A DNA stretch of 64,000 nucleotides from Octopus vulgaris (taxonomy: Eukaryota): contig OX597838.1 of the NCBI GenBank assembly GCA_951406725.2, positions 24,800,001 through 24,864,000 on the forward strand. Direction: 5' to 3'. Both the position numbers and the translations under genes were made by a program. The notes under the pieces are model-generated. The model was not told where the DNA came from, did not search any database, and worked only from the letters and a program-made list of their open reading frames with translations. Below are positions 39,046 through 51,560 of this stretch, in pieces; position 1 is the stretch's first letter, and the number at the start of each line of letters is the position of its first letter.

Positions 39046-39420
39046 AACAACGAAGTTGCTGGTCAGTTTGAGGGTGGAGCTTGTAGTAGAAGAAACTCGT
39101 ACCAAGTGCCATGCAGTGGGATTGAACTTAATACTTTATAATTGCAAAGCAAACTGCTCGAACACTCATCCACGCCTGCATGAATCTAAATGGAAAGTGC
39201 CCAGCTGACTTGGGTTTGTCTTTGAGATGGTGCGCATTGGCCTGTCTCTCAGACTTTGTGTAACTAAGGCACCGTGACACATTCACATACATGCACAGAC
39301 ACAAGAACGGATGCAGGATATGCAAAGATGTACACACACAGGAAACTACATGTACACCCCCCCCACACACACACATACATACATATACACTCATAAACAC
39401 CAGTTTCAATAGGCACATTT

Positions 39421-39818
39421 CTTTTTTTTACTTGTTTCAGTCATTTGACGGCGGCCATGCAGGAGCACCGCCTTCAATCGAGCAAATCGACCCCAGAACT
39501 TATTCTTTGTAAGCCCAGTACTTATTCTATCGGTCTCTTTTGCCGAACTGCTAAGTGACGGGGACGTAAACACACCAGCATCAGTTGTCAAGCAATGCTA
39601 GGGGGACAAACACAGACACACAAACACACACACACACATATATATATGTACATATATATGACAGGCTTCTTTCAGTTTCCGTCTACCAAATCCACTCACA
39701 AGGCTCTGGTTGGCCCGGGGTTATAGCAGAAGACACTTGCCCAAGATGCCACGCAGTGGGACTGAACCCAGAACCATGTGGTTGGTAAGCAAGCTACTTA
39801 CCACACATCCACTCCTGT
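39421..39818 (-). mobile_element. SINE-A, full length
   Basis: Near-consensus copy. Confidence 0.9.
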
Positions 39819-40352
39819 GCCTGTGTAGAAATTTCCATACACACACACACACACACGCACATACACTCATTAACACCCACACTTCCATAAACACTAGTTT
39901 TGATAGGCATATGTGCAGAAATTTCCATACACACACACACACACACACATGCATGCACATACATACACATTCATAAATACATATTTCAATAAGCACACAT
40001 ACACACACATACATGTACACATACACACACATAGATGCATACCAATAACACCACCACCACCACCACCACCATCACCGACCTCCACTATCATCTCCCATCC
40101 TCATCAACTGACATCTCTTACTTCACCTCCTCACCCTCCATCCTTACATTCAGACTTCTTAAAGCCGGGGGTGGGGGTTTCTAAAAATAGGTACCACAGA
40201 TAATCACACCCCCACCCTTAAACATACTTCCCCCTCCTACACACACACTTCTCCCTCCCTCCCCCACCACCCTACAGAATCCAAATGGCTCAGGACGATG
40301 GGGAAGGATGTAAGCATCCTACAATGTTGTTGAAACCAGTGGGAGAGAAAGA

Positions 40353-40384
<32 letters not shown>

Positions 40385-40840
40385 GAAAGGAGAGAGAGAA
40401 AGAGAGAGAGAGAGAGGGAGAGGAAAGGAGAGAGAGAGAAAGAGAGAGAGAGGAAAGGAGAGAGAGGAAAGGAGAGAGAGGCACAAATTGTTATATGAGG
40501 CAGGTTTGCAGGAGAGCAAATACTGGGTCACGAGTTCAAACCTTGTTAGCGTTGACCTACAAATGTGACTTTAGGGTGACTGGTGGTGGTGGCAGTGGGG
40601 AGTATTGGTAGCAGAGGTGGTGGAGGTGGTGGTAGTAGTAGTGGTGGTGGTGGTGTTGGTGGTGGTGTTATGGTGTTTGCTTCTACATGCATATGTGCAA
40701 AAAGAGGGAATTGTACCTGTGTGTGTGTGTTTGTGTGCATAATAATAATCCTTTCTTATTTTGGCACAAGGCCAGCAATTTTGAGGAGTGGGGAAGTTGA
40801 TAACATCGACCCCAGTGTCCAACTGGTACTCATATTATTG

Positions 40841-40932
40841 ACCACTATGCCATATGCCTGCGGGCATATGACATAGTGGTTAAGAGCGCAGGCTACTAAC
40901 CCCAAGATTCTGAGTTCAAATCAAGGCAGTGA

Positions 40933-40990
<58 letters not shown>

Positions 40991-41117
40991 TATACCAAAA
41001 AAATTCCTTAGGAATGAGAATTCAGGTTGGAGGCAGCCGAAACAAATATCCATCAAATGTAAATGTAAATAATGTAAATAATGTACATAATTCCTCATCT
41101 CTTAAATAGAGAACTGT
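40841..41117 (+). mobile_element. tRNA-headed element with 5' inversion, (AAT)n and a hammerhead-family tail (hammerhead internally deleted)
   Basis: 18-bp inverted duplication 40841-40858/40863-40880; A-box tgacatagtgg and B-box gagttcaaatc; 3' part matches the reverse complement of 52235-52431. Confidence 0.7.
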
Positions 41118-41165
41118 ATTACCTTCTCTTCTTCTATTTCCTTAACGCCATTTTCAAATTTTATA

Positions 41166-41575
41166 GGCATAGGAGTGGCTGTGTGGTAAGTAGCTTGCTT
41201 ACCAACCACATGGTTCCAGGTTCAGTCCCACTGCGTGGCACCTTGGGCAAGTGTCTTCTACTATAGCCTCAGACCAACCAAAGCCTTGTCAGTGGATTTG
41301 GTAGATGGAAACTGAAAGAAGCCCAACATATATATGTATATGTATATATATATGTGTGTGTGTTTGTGTGTCTGTGTTTGAACCCCCTCCCCAACATCGC
41401 TTGACAACTGATGCTGGTGTGTTTACGTCCCCGTCACTTAGCGGTTTGGCAAAAGAGACCAATAGAATAAGTACTAGGCTTACAAAGAATAAGTCCTGGG
41501 GTTCGTTTGCTTGACTAAAGGTGGTGCTCCAGCATGGCTGCAGTCAAATGACTGAAACAAAAGAAAAAGAGTAAA
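41166..41575 (+). mobile_element. SINE-A, full length
   Basis: Near-consensus copy. Confidence 0.9.
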
Positions 41576-41738
41576 AAAAAAAATAGACCCCCAAAAGGAC
41601 GAAAGGCAAAAATCAAACCTGGTTGAATTTGAACTCAGAACATAAAGATGGACAAAATGCCACTAAGCATTTTGTCCAGCATGCTAACCATTCTGCCATC
41701 TGACAACCTTTGGGTGTGTAATATTAACTCATTTAGCA

Positions 41739-41955
41739 AGGTGGCGAGTAGGCAGAAACGTTAGCATGCTGGGCGAAATGCTTAGCAGTATTTTGTCTGT
41801 CTTTACGTTCTGAGTTCAAATTCTGCTGAGGTCGACTTTGCCTTTCGTCCTTTCGGAGTCGATAAATTAAGTACCAGTTGCATACTAGGGTCAATCTAGT
41901 TGATAAGCAACCGCCTCCCCAAAGATTTTGGGCCTTGTGCCTAGAATAGAAAAGA
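41739..41955 (+). mobile_element. SINE-B tail type ii with an 18-bp TSD
   Basis: TSD atattaactcatttagca at 41721-41738 and 41956-41973. Confidence 0.9.
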
Positions 41956-41962
41956 ATATTAA

Positions 41963-42530
41963 CTCATTTAGCATTCAGATAAATCTGTCTAATGTAATGC
42001 TTATTTATTCACATCGTTTGGAATTACTAATACATAAAATAATAATTATATTATTGTATACAGTGTTCACCACAACAAAAATTGTTTACACCTGCAGAGG
42101 GACTTGAACCTGTGACCCTCAGATTACTTCTAAGGTTGACCTATAAAAGTCTGATGCTCTACTGACTGAGCTATTGTATTGTATTGAGAATTTGATGATA
42201 TGAGTATCTATTTTTAGTATGACATCATAGGGTAGGTGTGAGAGGCTAAATATGGCCAGCCTGTACATAAAACAGGTAGAATATATGGGATGGATTTGGC
42301 CAGTTTAATCCTTTGGCATTCAGATTACTCTGTCAAATGTAATGCTTATTTATCCACTTTGTTTTGAATTAATCATGTATCATCTTTGTGTTGAGATTTC
42401 AATGATGTGCTTGTTTATTTTTAGTATGACATTGTAGGGTAGGTGTGAGAGGCTAAATACAATTAGTCTGTTGTACATAAAGTAGGTAGAACATTCGGGC
42501 TGGATTTGGCTGGTTTAAATGCTATAAGGT
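41963..42530. mobile_element. Two tandem piggyBac-like MITE copies; the first carries a tRNA insertion
   Basis: Homologous (reverse orientation) to 1345-1550 and 2375-2595; TTAA at 41959 and 42305. Confidence 0.7.
42089..42180 (-). tRNA. tRNA-Lys-TTT: Intron-containing tRNA-Lys(TTT), probable pseudogene (5' acceptor strand lost)
   Basis: tagctcagtcagtagagcatcagaCTTTTA[19-nt intron 42125-42143]atctgagggtcacaggttcaagtccctctgcaggtg matches the tRNA-Lys(UUU) body; intron at position 37/38; T5 run downstream at 42077-42081; acceptor and T stems mispaired. Confidence 0.8.
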
Positions 42531-42539
42531 ACACCATGG

Positions 42540-43402
42540 CTTCAAATTTTGGCACAGGGCCGGTAATTTTCTAGGGGAGGGGACAGGTGATTACATTGAC
42601 CCCAATACTTCACTGGTACTTAATTCATTAACCATGAAAGGATGAAAGGCAAAATTGATCTCGGCAGAATTTGAACTCAGAATGCAAAGACAGACGAAAT
42701 ACCTATTTCTTTACTACCCACAAGGGGCTAAACACAGAGAGGACAAACAAGGACAGACAAACGGATTAAGTCGATTATATCGACCCCAATGTGTAACTGT
42801 TACTTATTTAATCGACCCCAAAAGGATGAAAGGCAAAGTCGACCTCGGTGGAATTTGAACTCAGAACGTAAAGACAGACAAAATACCGTTAAGCATTTTG
42901 TCTGGGGTGCTAATGATTCTGCGAGCTCGCTGCTTTTACCAAAATTTGTTGCAACAAGTTCAAAACTGAAGAGTAATAATTGCTTCAAATTTTGGCACAG
43001 GGCCAGCAATTTTTTAGGAGAAGAGAAAGTCGATTACATTGACCCTAGTACATGACTGGTACTTAATTTATCAATTGTGAAAGGATGAAAGGCAAAGTTG
43101 ATCTTGGTGGAAATGGAACTCTGCATATAAAGATAGATGAAATGTTGCTAAGCATTTTGCCCAGCGTTGCTAACAAATCTACCAGCTTGCTGCTTTCTCC
43201 AAAATTCATTGCAACAAGTGGGGGAGAATGGGGTAAGTTAATAGCATTGACCTCAGTGTACAACTGGTACTTGTTTTATTGACACCGAAAGGATGAAAGG
43301 CAAAGTCAACCCTGGTGGAATTTTGAATTTGGAACATAAAGAAGGGCAAAATTCTGCTAAGCATTTTCCCCAGTGGGCTAGCAATTCTGCCAGCTCACTA
43401 CC

Positions 43403-43453
<51 letters not shown>

Positions 43454-43670
43454 GTTTCAAATTTTGTCACAAGGGCAGCCATTTTTTGGGGGGGTGAGGG
43501 GGCAGTCGATTACGTTGGCCCCAGTGTTTCACTGGTACTTAAATTATTGACTCTGAAACAACGAAAGGCAAAGTCAATCTCGGCAGAATTTGAACTCAAA
43601 ACGTAGTGATGGGCAAAATAACACTAAGCATTTCATCCAGCGTGCTAACGATTCTGCCAACTCACTGCTT
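42540..43670 (-). mobile_element. Cluster of about five co-oriented SINE-B copies
   Basis: Repeated ctggtacttaatttatcgaccccgaaaggatgaaaggcaaagtc-like blocks. Confidence 0.82.
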
Positions 43671-43671
43671 C

Positions 43672-43709
<38 letters not shown>

Positions 43710-44196
43710 CAATTTCAGGTTGTGGTTTTGATTGATGTCTTTTTAGCCAGTCCATGTGGCAGTCCCCCTTCAAAGTTCCTACACTTAGATCTTTGGGTCT
43801 TATAATTACATATCGATACATGCATGTGTGTGTGTGTGTGTTTGTGTATGTGTGTGTGTGTGTATGTTTATGTATATACATACATACATACATACATACA
43901 CATATACACACATATGTATATGTATATATATATCAGCATAGAATTTCAGAAATAGCACATTAATCGAAATATCTTGTAATATTTCATTCCATCTCATTCT
44001 GCAGTCGATAGAATCAACTCTTCTCCCCCATCCCACCCCAACCAAATCAATAGGAATGGATTGATTACTTATCGATGGATAACTTTGATTACCTTAGAGT
44101 AAATGTATTTGCACCAGTTTGTCACTTAAAAATTAATAAGACATCATACATAGTTGAAGGAGGGTGTGAACCTTCAATATATATATGTGTGTATGA

Positions 44197-44250
<54 letters not shown>

Positions 44251-44280
44251 TGATACAGCCAGGCATATATATACTATGTA

Positions 44281-44349
<69 letters not shown>

Positions 44350-44399
44350 CAACACATGCATATACACACACACATATATATGTATATAGGCGTAACATA

Positions 44400-44561
44400 G
44401 GCGTAGGAGTGGCTGTGTGGTAAGTAGCTTGCTTACTAAACATATGGTTCAGGGTTCAGTCCCACTGCGTGTCACCTTGGGCAAGTGTCTTCTACTATAG
44501 CCTCAGGCCGACCAAACCCTTGTGAGTGGATTTGGTAGACGGAAACTGAAAGAAGCCCATC

Positions 44562-44604
<43 letters not shown>

Positions 44605-44855
44605 TACATACATACACATATATATATGTATGTGTGTGTGTATATGTTTGTGTGTCTGTGTTTGTCCCCCACCATCACTTGGCAACCAATGCTGGTGTGT
44701 TTACGTCCTCGTCACTTAGCAGTTCGGCAAGAGAGACCGATAAAATAAGTACTAGGCTTACAAAGAATAAGTCCTGGGGTCGATTTGCTCGACTAAAGGT
44801 GGTGCTTCTGCATGGCCACTGCCAAATGACTGAAACAAATAAAAGAATAAAAGAA
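44400..44855 (+). mobile_element. SINE-A, full length
   Basis: Near-consensus copy. Confidence 0.9.
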
Positions 44856-44940
44856 TATATATATATTGTATATATTGAGAAAGAGGAGAGAGAGAGAGAG
44901 AAAGACATATATATCATCATATATATGTATATATATATCT

Positions 44941-45030
<90 letters not shown>

Positions 45031-45121
45031 AATATATACAGACACATATGTACATATACACATACATATTCACTTAAAAACATACACATATTTATACACA
45101 TACATAGATACTCACATATTC

Positions 45122-45152
<31 letters not shown>

Positions 45153-46672
45153 CATACATACACACATATATACATATATGCATACATACATACAAACATA
45201 CATACATACATAGTCAGAGTCTTTTGCACTAATGAAATGGTTGAACGGTCATATTGGTGGACATCAAAGAACTTGTTTCGTTTTCCATCCTGAAAGTCGG
45301 GCAAGTCACTGTGCAAGCGTGTAAGTAACTGACTTCATCAGTCCATCGTCACCCAATAACGAGGAGGAGCAAGGAGGAAACCACACTGATTGAACTGTAT
45401 TTGCACCTATTGATCTCTGTCGCTCTCTCACCACCACCACCACCACCATTCACCCGTCTAACTCAGTTCTGGCACTGGTACCAACATCACCCAATGCTCT
45501 TGCTCACCACCACCACCACCACCACCACCACCAACATCATCATGGCAATGATGACAACCACCCTCACCACCATCCCAGCCACGAACATGAAGACAACCAC
45601 CACCACCACCACCATCACCACCACCACCAAAACCATTACCACCACCACCACCACCATCCCTACCATCACGACCACTATGACTCCCATCATGAAGGGCATG
45701 ATGATGACCACAACAATCACCACCACCGTCACCACTACCACCACCACCACCACCATCATAACCACTATCAACATCATCACAGCTATGACGACGGCAACCA
45801 CCATCACCACCATCCCCACCACCACCACCACCACCACCACCACCACCACCACCATCAGCATTAAGGAAGTACTTTGTGAATTCTAAAGTGATTATTAAAG
45901 AGGGAAAGAAGGTGAGGTTCTACACTGCTGTCTCTACTGCTCTTACCACCACCACCACCACCACCACCACCTCTACCACAACCTCCACCACTATCACTAC
46001 TACTACCATCACCACCACTAAGACCATCGATATCCCTCCCCACTGTCATCATTGCCATCATCATCATCACTACCATCACTTATTCTACGCCACTGCCACC
46101 AACAATAACGACAACCATCACAACCGCCACCACCACTGCCATCACCCACCCTCCCCGTCGCCACTGCCGCCGCCACCAGCGGTGCCACTACTACCCCACC
46201 AACTAGTGGTGTCATCATTGCCATTGTCACATCATTTCAACTATTACACCACTCCCTCGCGCTCATTACACACACACATACACACACAGCACTGCAACTA
46301 CCACTAGCGCAACCACAGAAACTTCCCAATCCACCACCACCACCACCACCACTCCCTGAATAGTGTCATCACATCATCACCACTGTCACCATCACCACCA
46401 CCACCACCACCACTGCTATCATAGCCACCACCACTACTACCACTACCACAGTTACAACTACATCACCATCCATACCACCACTACAATTATTACCACCACC
46501 GCTACTACAACTACTGCTACTACTAACACTACTACTGACACACCTCTACCACTATCACTACATCACAACCAACACCACCGCTGCCACCACCACCACCACC
46601 ACCACCACCACAACCACTATTACTACTACTACTGCTGCTGTTGCTACTGCTGCTGCAACTACTACTACCACC

Positions 46673-46716
<44 letters not shown>

Positions 46717-47566
46717 GTTACTATCAACACTGCCTCTACCACCACCACTAATGCTACTATAGCGGCCACTGCTGCTGCAACCACCGCACAGTACCAACAC
46801 TTCCACCACTAACAACACTGCGACTACTACTAGCACCTCCACCACCATCACCAATACACACCGGTGACACCACTCACCACCACCACCACCATTAGATAAC
46901 AAGGATGTTTCACAGTGGAAATTACTGAGAACAGAATTATGAACAAATGGATGTTTTTTTTTGTGTAACTAACAAAACAAAACAACTAAAAAAAAAATCA
47001 AAACAAGACTGAAATAAAAAAAACAAAACAAAATAAATGAACAATAAAAATTTTTTAAAAACCATAATTAACAAACACAAAAATAAAACAAAACAAAAGA
47101 AAATAACCTCAATTTTAATTAGATTAATTAAAATGATTAAAAATGAGATTGCGTTTTCTCCCTCCCTCTCTCTCTCTCTCCCAACCTCTTCTTTTTCTTC
47201 ATCTCTTCCTCTCCACCCCTCTCTTCGTTTCTCTCTTTTTTATCTCTCTTCGTCTCTCTCTCTCTCTCTCTTTCTCTCCCTTCATCTCTCTGTCTCTCTC
47301 TCACACTCTCTGTTGTATCAACAGCATTTTCGTTATGCGATTTGCATCTGTACTTCCTCTCTCTTTTTCTTCATCTCTCTCTCTCTCTCTTCATTTCTCC
47401 CTTTCTATCTCTCTTCATCTGTCTCTCTCTCTCTTTCTGCTGTATCAACAGCAATTTTATTATGTGATTTACAGCTGTTCTTCCTCTCTTTCTTTCTTCC
47501 CTTTTTTCTCTCCTCCCCTCTTTCTTTCTTCTCCTCCTCCTCCTCTCTCTGTTCTGGCAGTCATAC

Positions 47567-47600
47567 CTTCATATAACCTGAACGCACCAAACTTATCTAC
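47567..47600 (-). CDS. Tentative 34-nt microexon (VDKFGAFRLYE), host gene unknown
   Basis: Minus strand tgttatatttcttcaaAG|GTAGATAAGTTTGGTGCGTTCAGGTTATATGAAG|GTATGA; one frame open; no homology recognised. Confidence 0.15.
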
Positions 47601-47922
47601 CTTTGAAGAAATATAACAGTACAGCTGACCGACTAACAAGTGTTGCTGTTGTTCATATTATTGTTGTTTATCAGCAGGCCAATCCAGGACAGGCTGACCC
47701 TTGATTTATGATCAAACTAATTTATGATCAAAATCACTCCATCTCTGATCATATTCATTTTTTAAAATTTCCGTTTTAGCATATCCATGACAACATCGTC
47801 CAAAATGCCCTTCCTTTTTTAAGACACTAGGGTAGGATTTAATGGAATTTGGTCAGTATTTCTAGCTGCTCAAGCAACAGTGTAGAAATTACCTCATTGG
47901 CTCAAAGCATTTAGTTAGTTCT

Positions 47923-48524
47923 TATTTCTTTACTGCCCACAAGGGGCTACACACGGAGGGGACAAACAAGGACAGACAAACGGATTAAGTCGATTGTATC
48001 AAACCCAATGTGTAACTGATATTTATTTTATCGACATTGAAAGGATGAAAGGCAAAGTCGACCTCAGCAGAATTTGAACTCAGAATGTAGCGGCAGACAA
48101 AATACCTATTTCTTTACTACCCACAAGGGGCTAAATACAGAGAGGACAAACAAGGACAGACAAACGGATTAAGTCGATTATATCGACCCCAGTGCTTAAC
48201 TGGTACTTATTTAATCAACCCCGAAAGGATGAAAGGCAAAGTCGACCTCAGCAGAATTTGAACTCAGAACGTAGCGGCAGACAAAATACCTATTTCTTTA
48301 CCACCCACAAGGGGCTAAATACAGAGAGGACAAACAAGGACAGACAAACGGATTAAGTCGATTATATCGACCCCAGTGCTTAACTGGTACTTATTTAATT
48401 GACCCCGAAAGGATGAAAGGCAAAGTCGACCTCGGTGGAATTTGAACTCAGAATGCAACGGCAGACGAAATACCGCTAAGCATTTTGCCTGGTGTGCTAA
48501 AGATTCTGCCTGCTCGCCACCTTG
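47923..48524 (-). mobile_element. Head-to-tail SINE-B trimer (184-bp period) inside one TSD pair
   Basis: Units begin at 47923, 48107 and 48291; TSD ttagttagttct at 47911-47922 and 48525-48536. Confidence 0.9.
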
Positions 48525-49011
48525 TTAGTTAGTTCTGGCAGCGTTTAACTGATTGACCAATCAGAATTATTATTGGATGGTATTTTATAATGGTCACCTT
48601 CCATGCTGACACGAGAAGAATGGTTCGACAGGTTCCAACAGGTTGGAGGACAGCTCCATGCTCCAGTGGCTGCTTTGGCATAATTTCAATGGTTGGATGC
48701 CTTTCCTAATGCCAGCTACATTACAGAGTAGACCAGGTGCTTTTCTTTTTGGTACCAGCACAAGTGGGGTGACCATGCAGCTTCCAAGGCAAAGATTTCC
48801 ACAGGCTGAGTGGGGCTACAGAAGGGAGGCAAGCAGCTTTATGATTCTCAACCATTTTTTTTATCTAGGGATCCCTGTCGTTACTATTTTATTCTGGTAT
48901 ACCCCCAAAGCCATTCGATGTCTAAAAAATTCAGTTTTATAGATACTTCTTTCAAAATTACTATTTTGCTTATCATGCAATCACTTGCGTAGGTTGAACT
49001 ATATAAAACAT

Positions 49012-49240
49012 CAGGCGAGCTGGCAGAACCATTAGCACGCTGGGCAAAATGCATAGCCGTATTTCGTCTGCCGTTACGTTCTAAGTTCAAATTCCGCCGA
49101 GGTTGACTTTGCCTTTCATCCTTTCGGGGTCGATAAATTAAGTACCAGTTATGCACTGGGGTTGATTTAATCGACTTAATTCGTTTGTCTGCCCTTGTTT
49201 GTTCCCTCTATGTTTAGCCCCTTGTGGGTAATAAAGAAAT
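49012..49240 (+). mobile_element. SINE-B tail type i, full length
   Basis: Flanking direct repeat atataaaacatcag. Confidence 0.9.
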
Positions 49241-49299
49241 ATATATAAAACATCAGAGAAATAAACCCAGCTGTTTCTTGCAATTAATACATCTAAAGC

Positions 49300-49426
49300 A
49301 AAATTTTTTTGTGGACCCTTAAAATAATACTACAGGCCCAATTCATTATTTTGTTTATGCAGAGCCCCACCAATTTTATATGACCCTCACCCTGGGGGTT
49401 ACATGCAACCTAGTTGAGAACCACTG
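49300..49426. mobile_element. hAT (Charlie-like) MITE end
   Basis: Ends gttgagaaccactg, the reverse complement of the CAGTGGTTCTCAAC terminus; partner end not found. Confidence 0.45.
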
Positions 49427-49656
49427 TGCTAGGTGATGAAAAGTTGAAGTAGTATGAAGGAAAGGGTCAGAATAGGTTTCTTGCTGCAGAAGGGTTTAGA
49501 CAGGATGGATGTCTATGATAAAATATGAGCTGGATGGAAAATAGAGATTGAGAAGGTTATACTGAATGGTATAGGGGTAATGAATGATGAATGTGAGTTT
49601 GGGAGTAGGTCCTGATTGGAGGGCGAAGAACAACAGGATAGAAAGATATGACATGG

Positions 49657-49897
49657 AAGGTGGTGAGCTGGCAGAAACGTTAGCACGCTGGGTGAAATGC
49701 TTAGTGGTATTTTGTCTGTCTTTATGCTCTGAGTTCAAATTTCGTTGAGATCAACTTAGACTTTCATCCTTTTTTTTGGGGGGGGGAGCAATTAAATAAG
49801 TACCAGTTACCACTAAGGCTCGATGTAATCAACTTAATCCGTTTGTCTGTCCTTGTTTGTCCCCTCTATGTTTAGCCCCTTGTGGGCAATAAAGAAA
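49657..49897 (+). mobile_element. SINE-B tail type i
   Basis: Flanking direct repeat agaaagatatgacatgg. Confidence 0.88.
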
Positions 49898-50248
49898 TAA
49901 GAAAGATATGACATGGGTGGATAGGTTGCAAGAATGTGAATGCAGAAAAAGTGAGAGATGTAAGGTGATATAGACAAATCAACAGGAAGTGGTACAGTAG
50001 AGAGGGAGAAGGGGAGGTCATTTAGTAGCAAAGAAGGATGGAATGGTCAATGTAAAATGTAAGTGGAGAGGGACAATGTAAGAACAAAGGATGGCAGTCA
50101 ACTGAAGTGGTTCTGAGTAGTGAGAAAGATAAGTGGTATCACAGAAAAGATGATAAAATATGTAGAATACTGTGGTTGGAGATATCAGGGATAGAGATAG
50201 GGAATGGCAGGAAGATTTGATGAGGAAATTAGGCAAGGAACCCAAATA

Positions 50249-50560
50249 GGCACAAGAGTGGCTGTGTGGTAAGTAGCTTGCTTACCAACTACATAATTCC
50301 GGGTTCAGTTGACTGCGTGCCACCTTGGGCAAGCATCTTCTACTATAGCCCCGGGCTGACCAAAGCCTTGTGAGTGGATTTGGTAGACGTAAACTGAAAG
50401 AAGCCCATTGTGTGTATATATATATATATGTTTGTGTGTCAGTGTTTGTCCCCCAACCACCACTGTCGTTTACAAAGAATAAGTCGTGGGGTCAATTTGT
50501 TTGACTAAAGGCGGTGCTACACCATGGCTGCCATCAAATGACTGAAACAAATAAAAGATA
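50249..50560 (+). mobile_element. SINE-A with an internal deletion
   Basis: Head and tail present; part of the 3' half is missing. Confidence 0.82.
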
Positions 50561-50579
50561 TTTTGCTTTCAGAACCTTA

Positions 50580-51560
50580 GTTTTGCCAATATGAGCAAGT
50601 CTCCTTGAGCACCACATATCTCTAGAGACCCAGGTGTTCTTTGCCCTGTTCTCCGTGAGATTTGAACTCTTGAGGATAATCTTCAACACTTTAACCGTAT
50701 GTCTTATGGATCTCCCTCTTCCACAAGTTCCAGCCATCTTCAGATATCAGTGCTTCTTTATATGGTTTTTCTTATCCATAAGCATCACATGATCATACCA
50801 GCATAATCTTCACTCTGGCTTACTACCTCTCATATCTCTTATACCCAATTTTTCTCCCAACACATTTTCACTTTGTCAATCATACACACTGATGTTGCAC
50901 ATCCAGCAGAGAATACTAGCTTCATTTCTTTCTGGTCTTCACATGGCCTCTGCATTCAAGACCCATGTCTCACTTCCCTGTAGTATTGCTGTTCTCACAG
51001 ATGCATCATACAAACTGCTTTTCAGTCTGTGAGACAATTCTTTTCTTACCAGAGAAAATAGCTCTAAATTTTCTTCAATATATTCTTATTCTAGCAGCCA
51101 TATTTTCAGATCAACCTCCTCCACTCTAGTTCAAATAAGTTATATACTACCTCCAGGGATCCTCTTCAGAGTTTGATAAAATCTACTTCCCGTGTGCTCA
51201 ATTCTTTTCTTACTAAATAGAGAAAATAGCTCTAAATTTTCTTCAATATATTCTTATTTTAGCAGCCATATTTTCAGATCAACCTCCTCCACTCTTGTTC
51301 AAATAAGTTATATACTACCTCCAGGGATCCTCTTAAGAGTCTGATAAAATCTACTTCCTGTGTGCTCTTAGTGATCATTGTGTCCCTGCATCTGCTCTGT
51401 GCAAAGGCTAATTTCTCTGTTAATCTATCCATGATACCACTGCACCTCAGTTTTCATTGGGTTCACTGATTGGAATTTCTAAATAGTCCTTTTCTATGTG
51501 TTGAGCAAGGCCATTTCCTTGGTCTTTGTTAAGTCAACTTTGAGAACTTTCAATCCAGGT
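50580..51560 (-). mobile_element. Decayed RTE LINE fragment with a ~165-bp internal tandem duplication (51035-51366)
   Basis: Minus-strand remnants YDASVRTAILQGSETW...RLCWYDHVMLM...GTCGRGR; related to 24303-25060. Confidence 0.75.

Noticed and set aside
40525-40538. Perfect DR2 nuclear-receptor element GGGTCAcgAGTTCA
   Set aside because: A single short motif that also reads as a tRNA/SINE B-box remnant; no supporting context.
45270-45345. Minus-strand CTGATGA...GAAAC as a hammerhead
   Set aside because: Stem II does not abut GAAA, and neither stem I nor stem III pairs.
47557-47592. Resemblance to the 5' end of 5S rRNA (catacc...cctgaacgcacc)
   Set aside because: Too short, gapped and not extendable.
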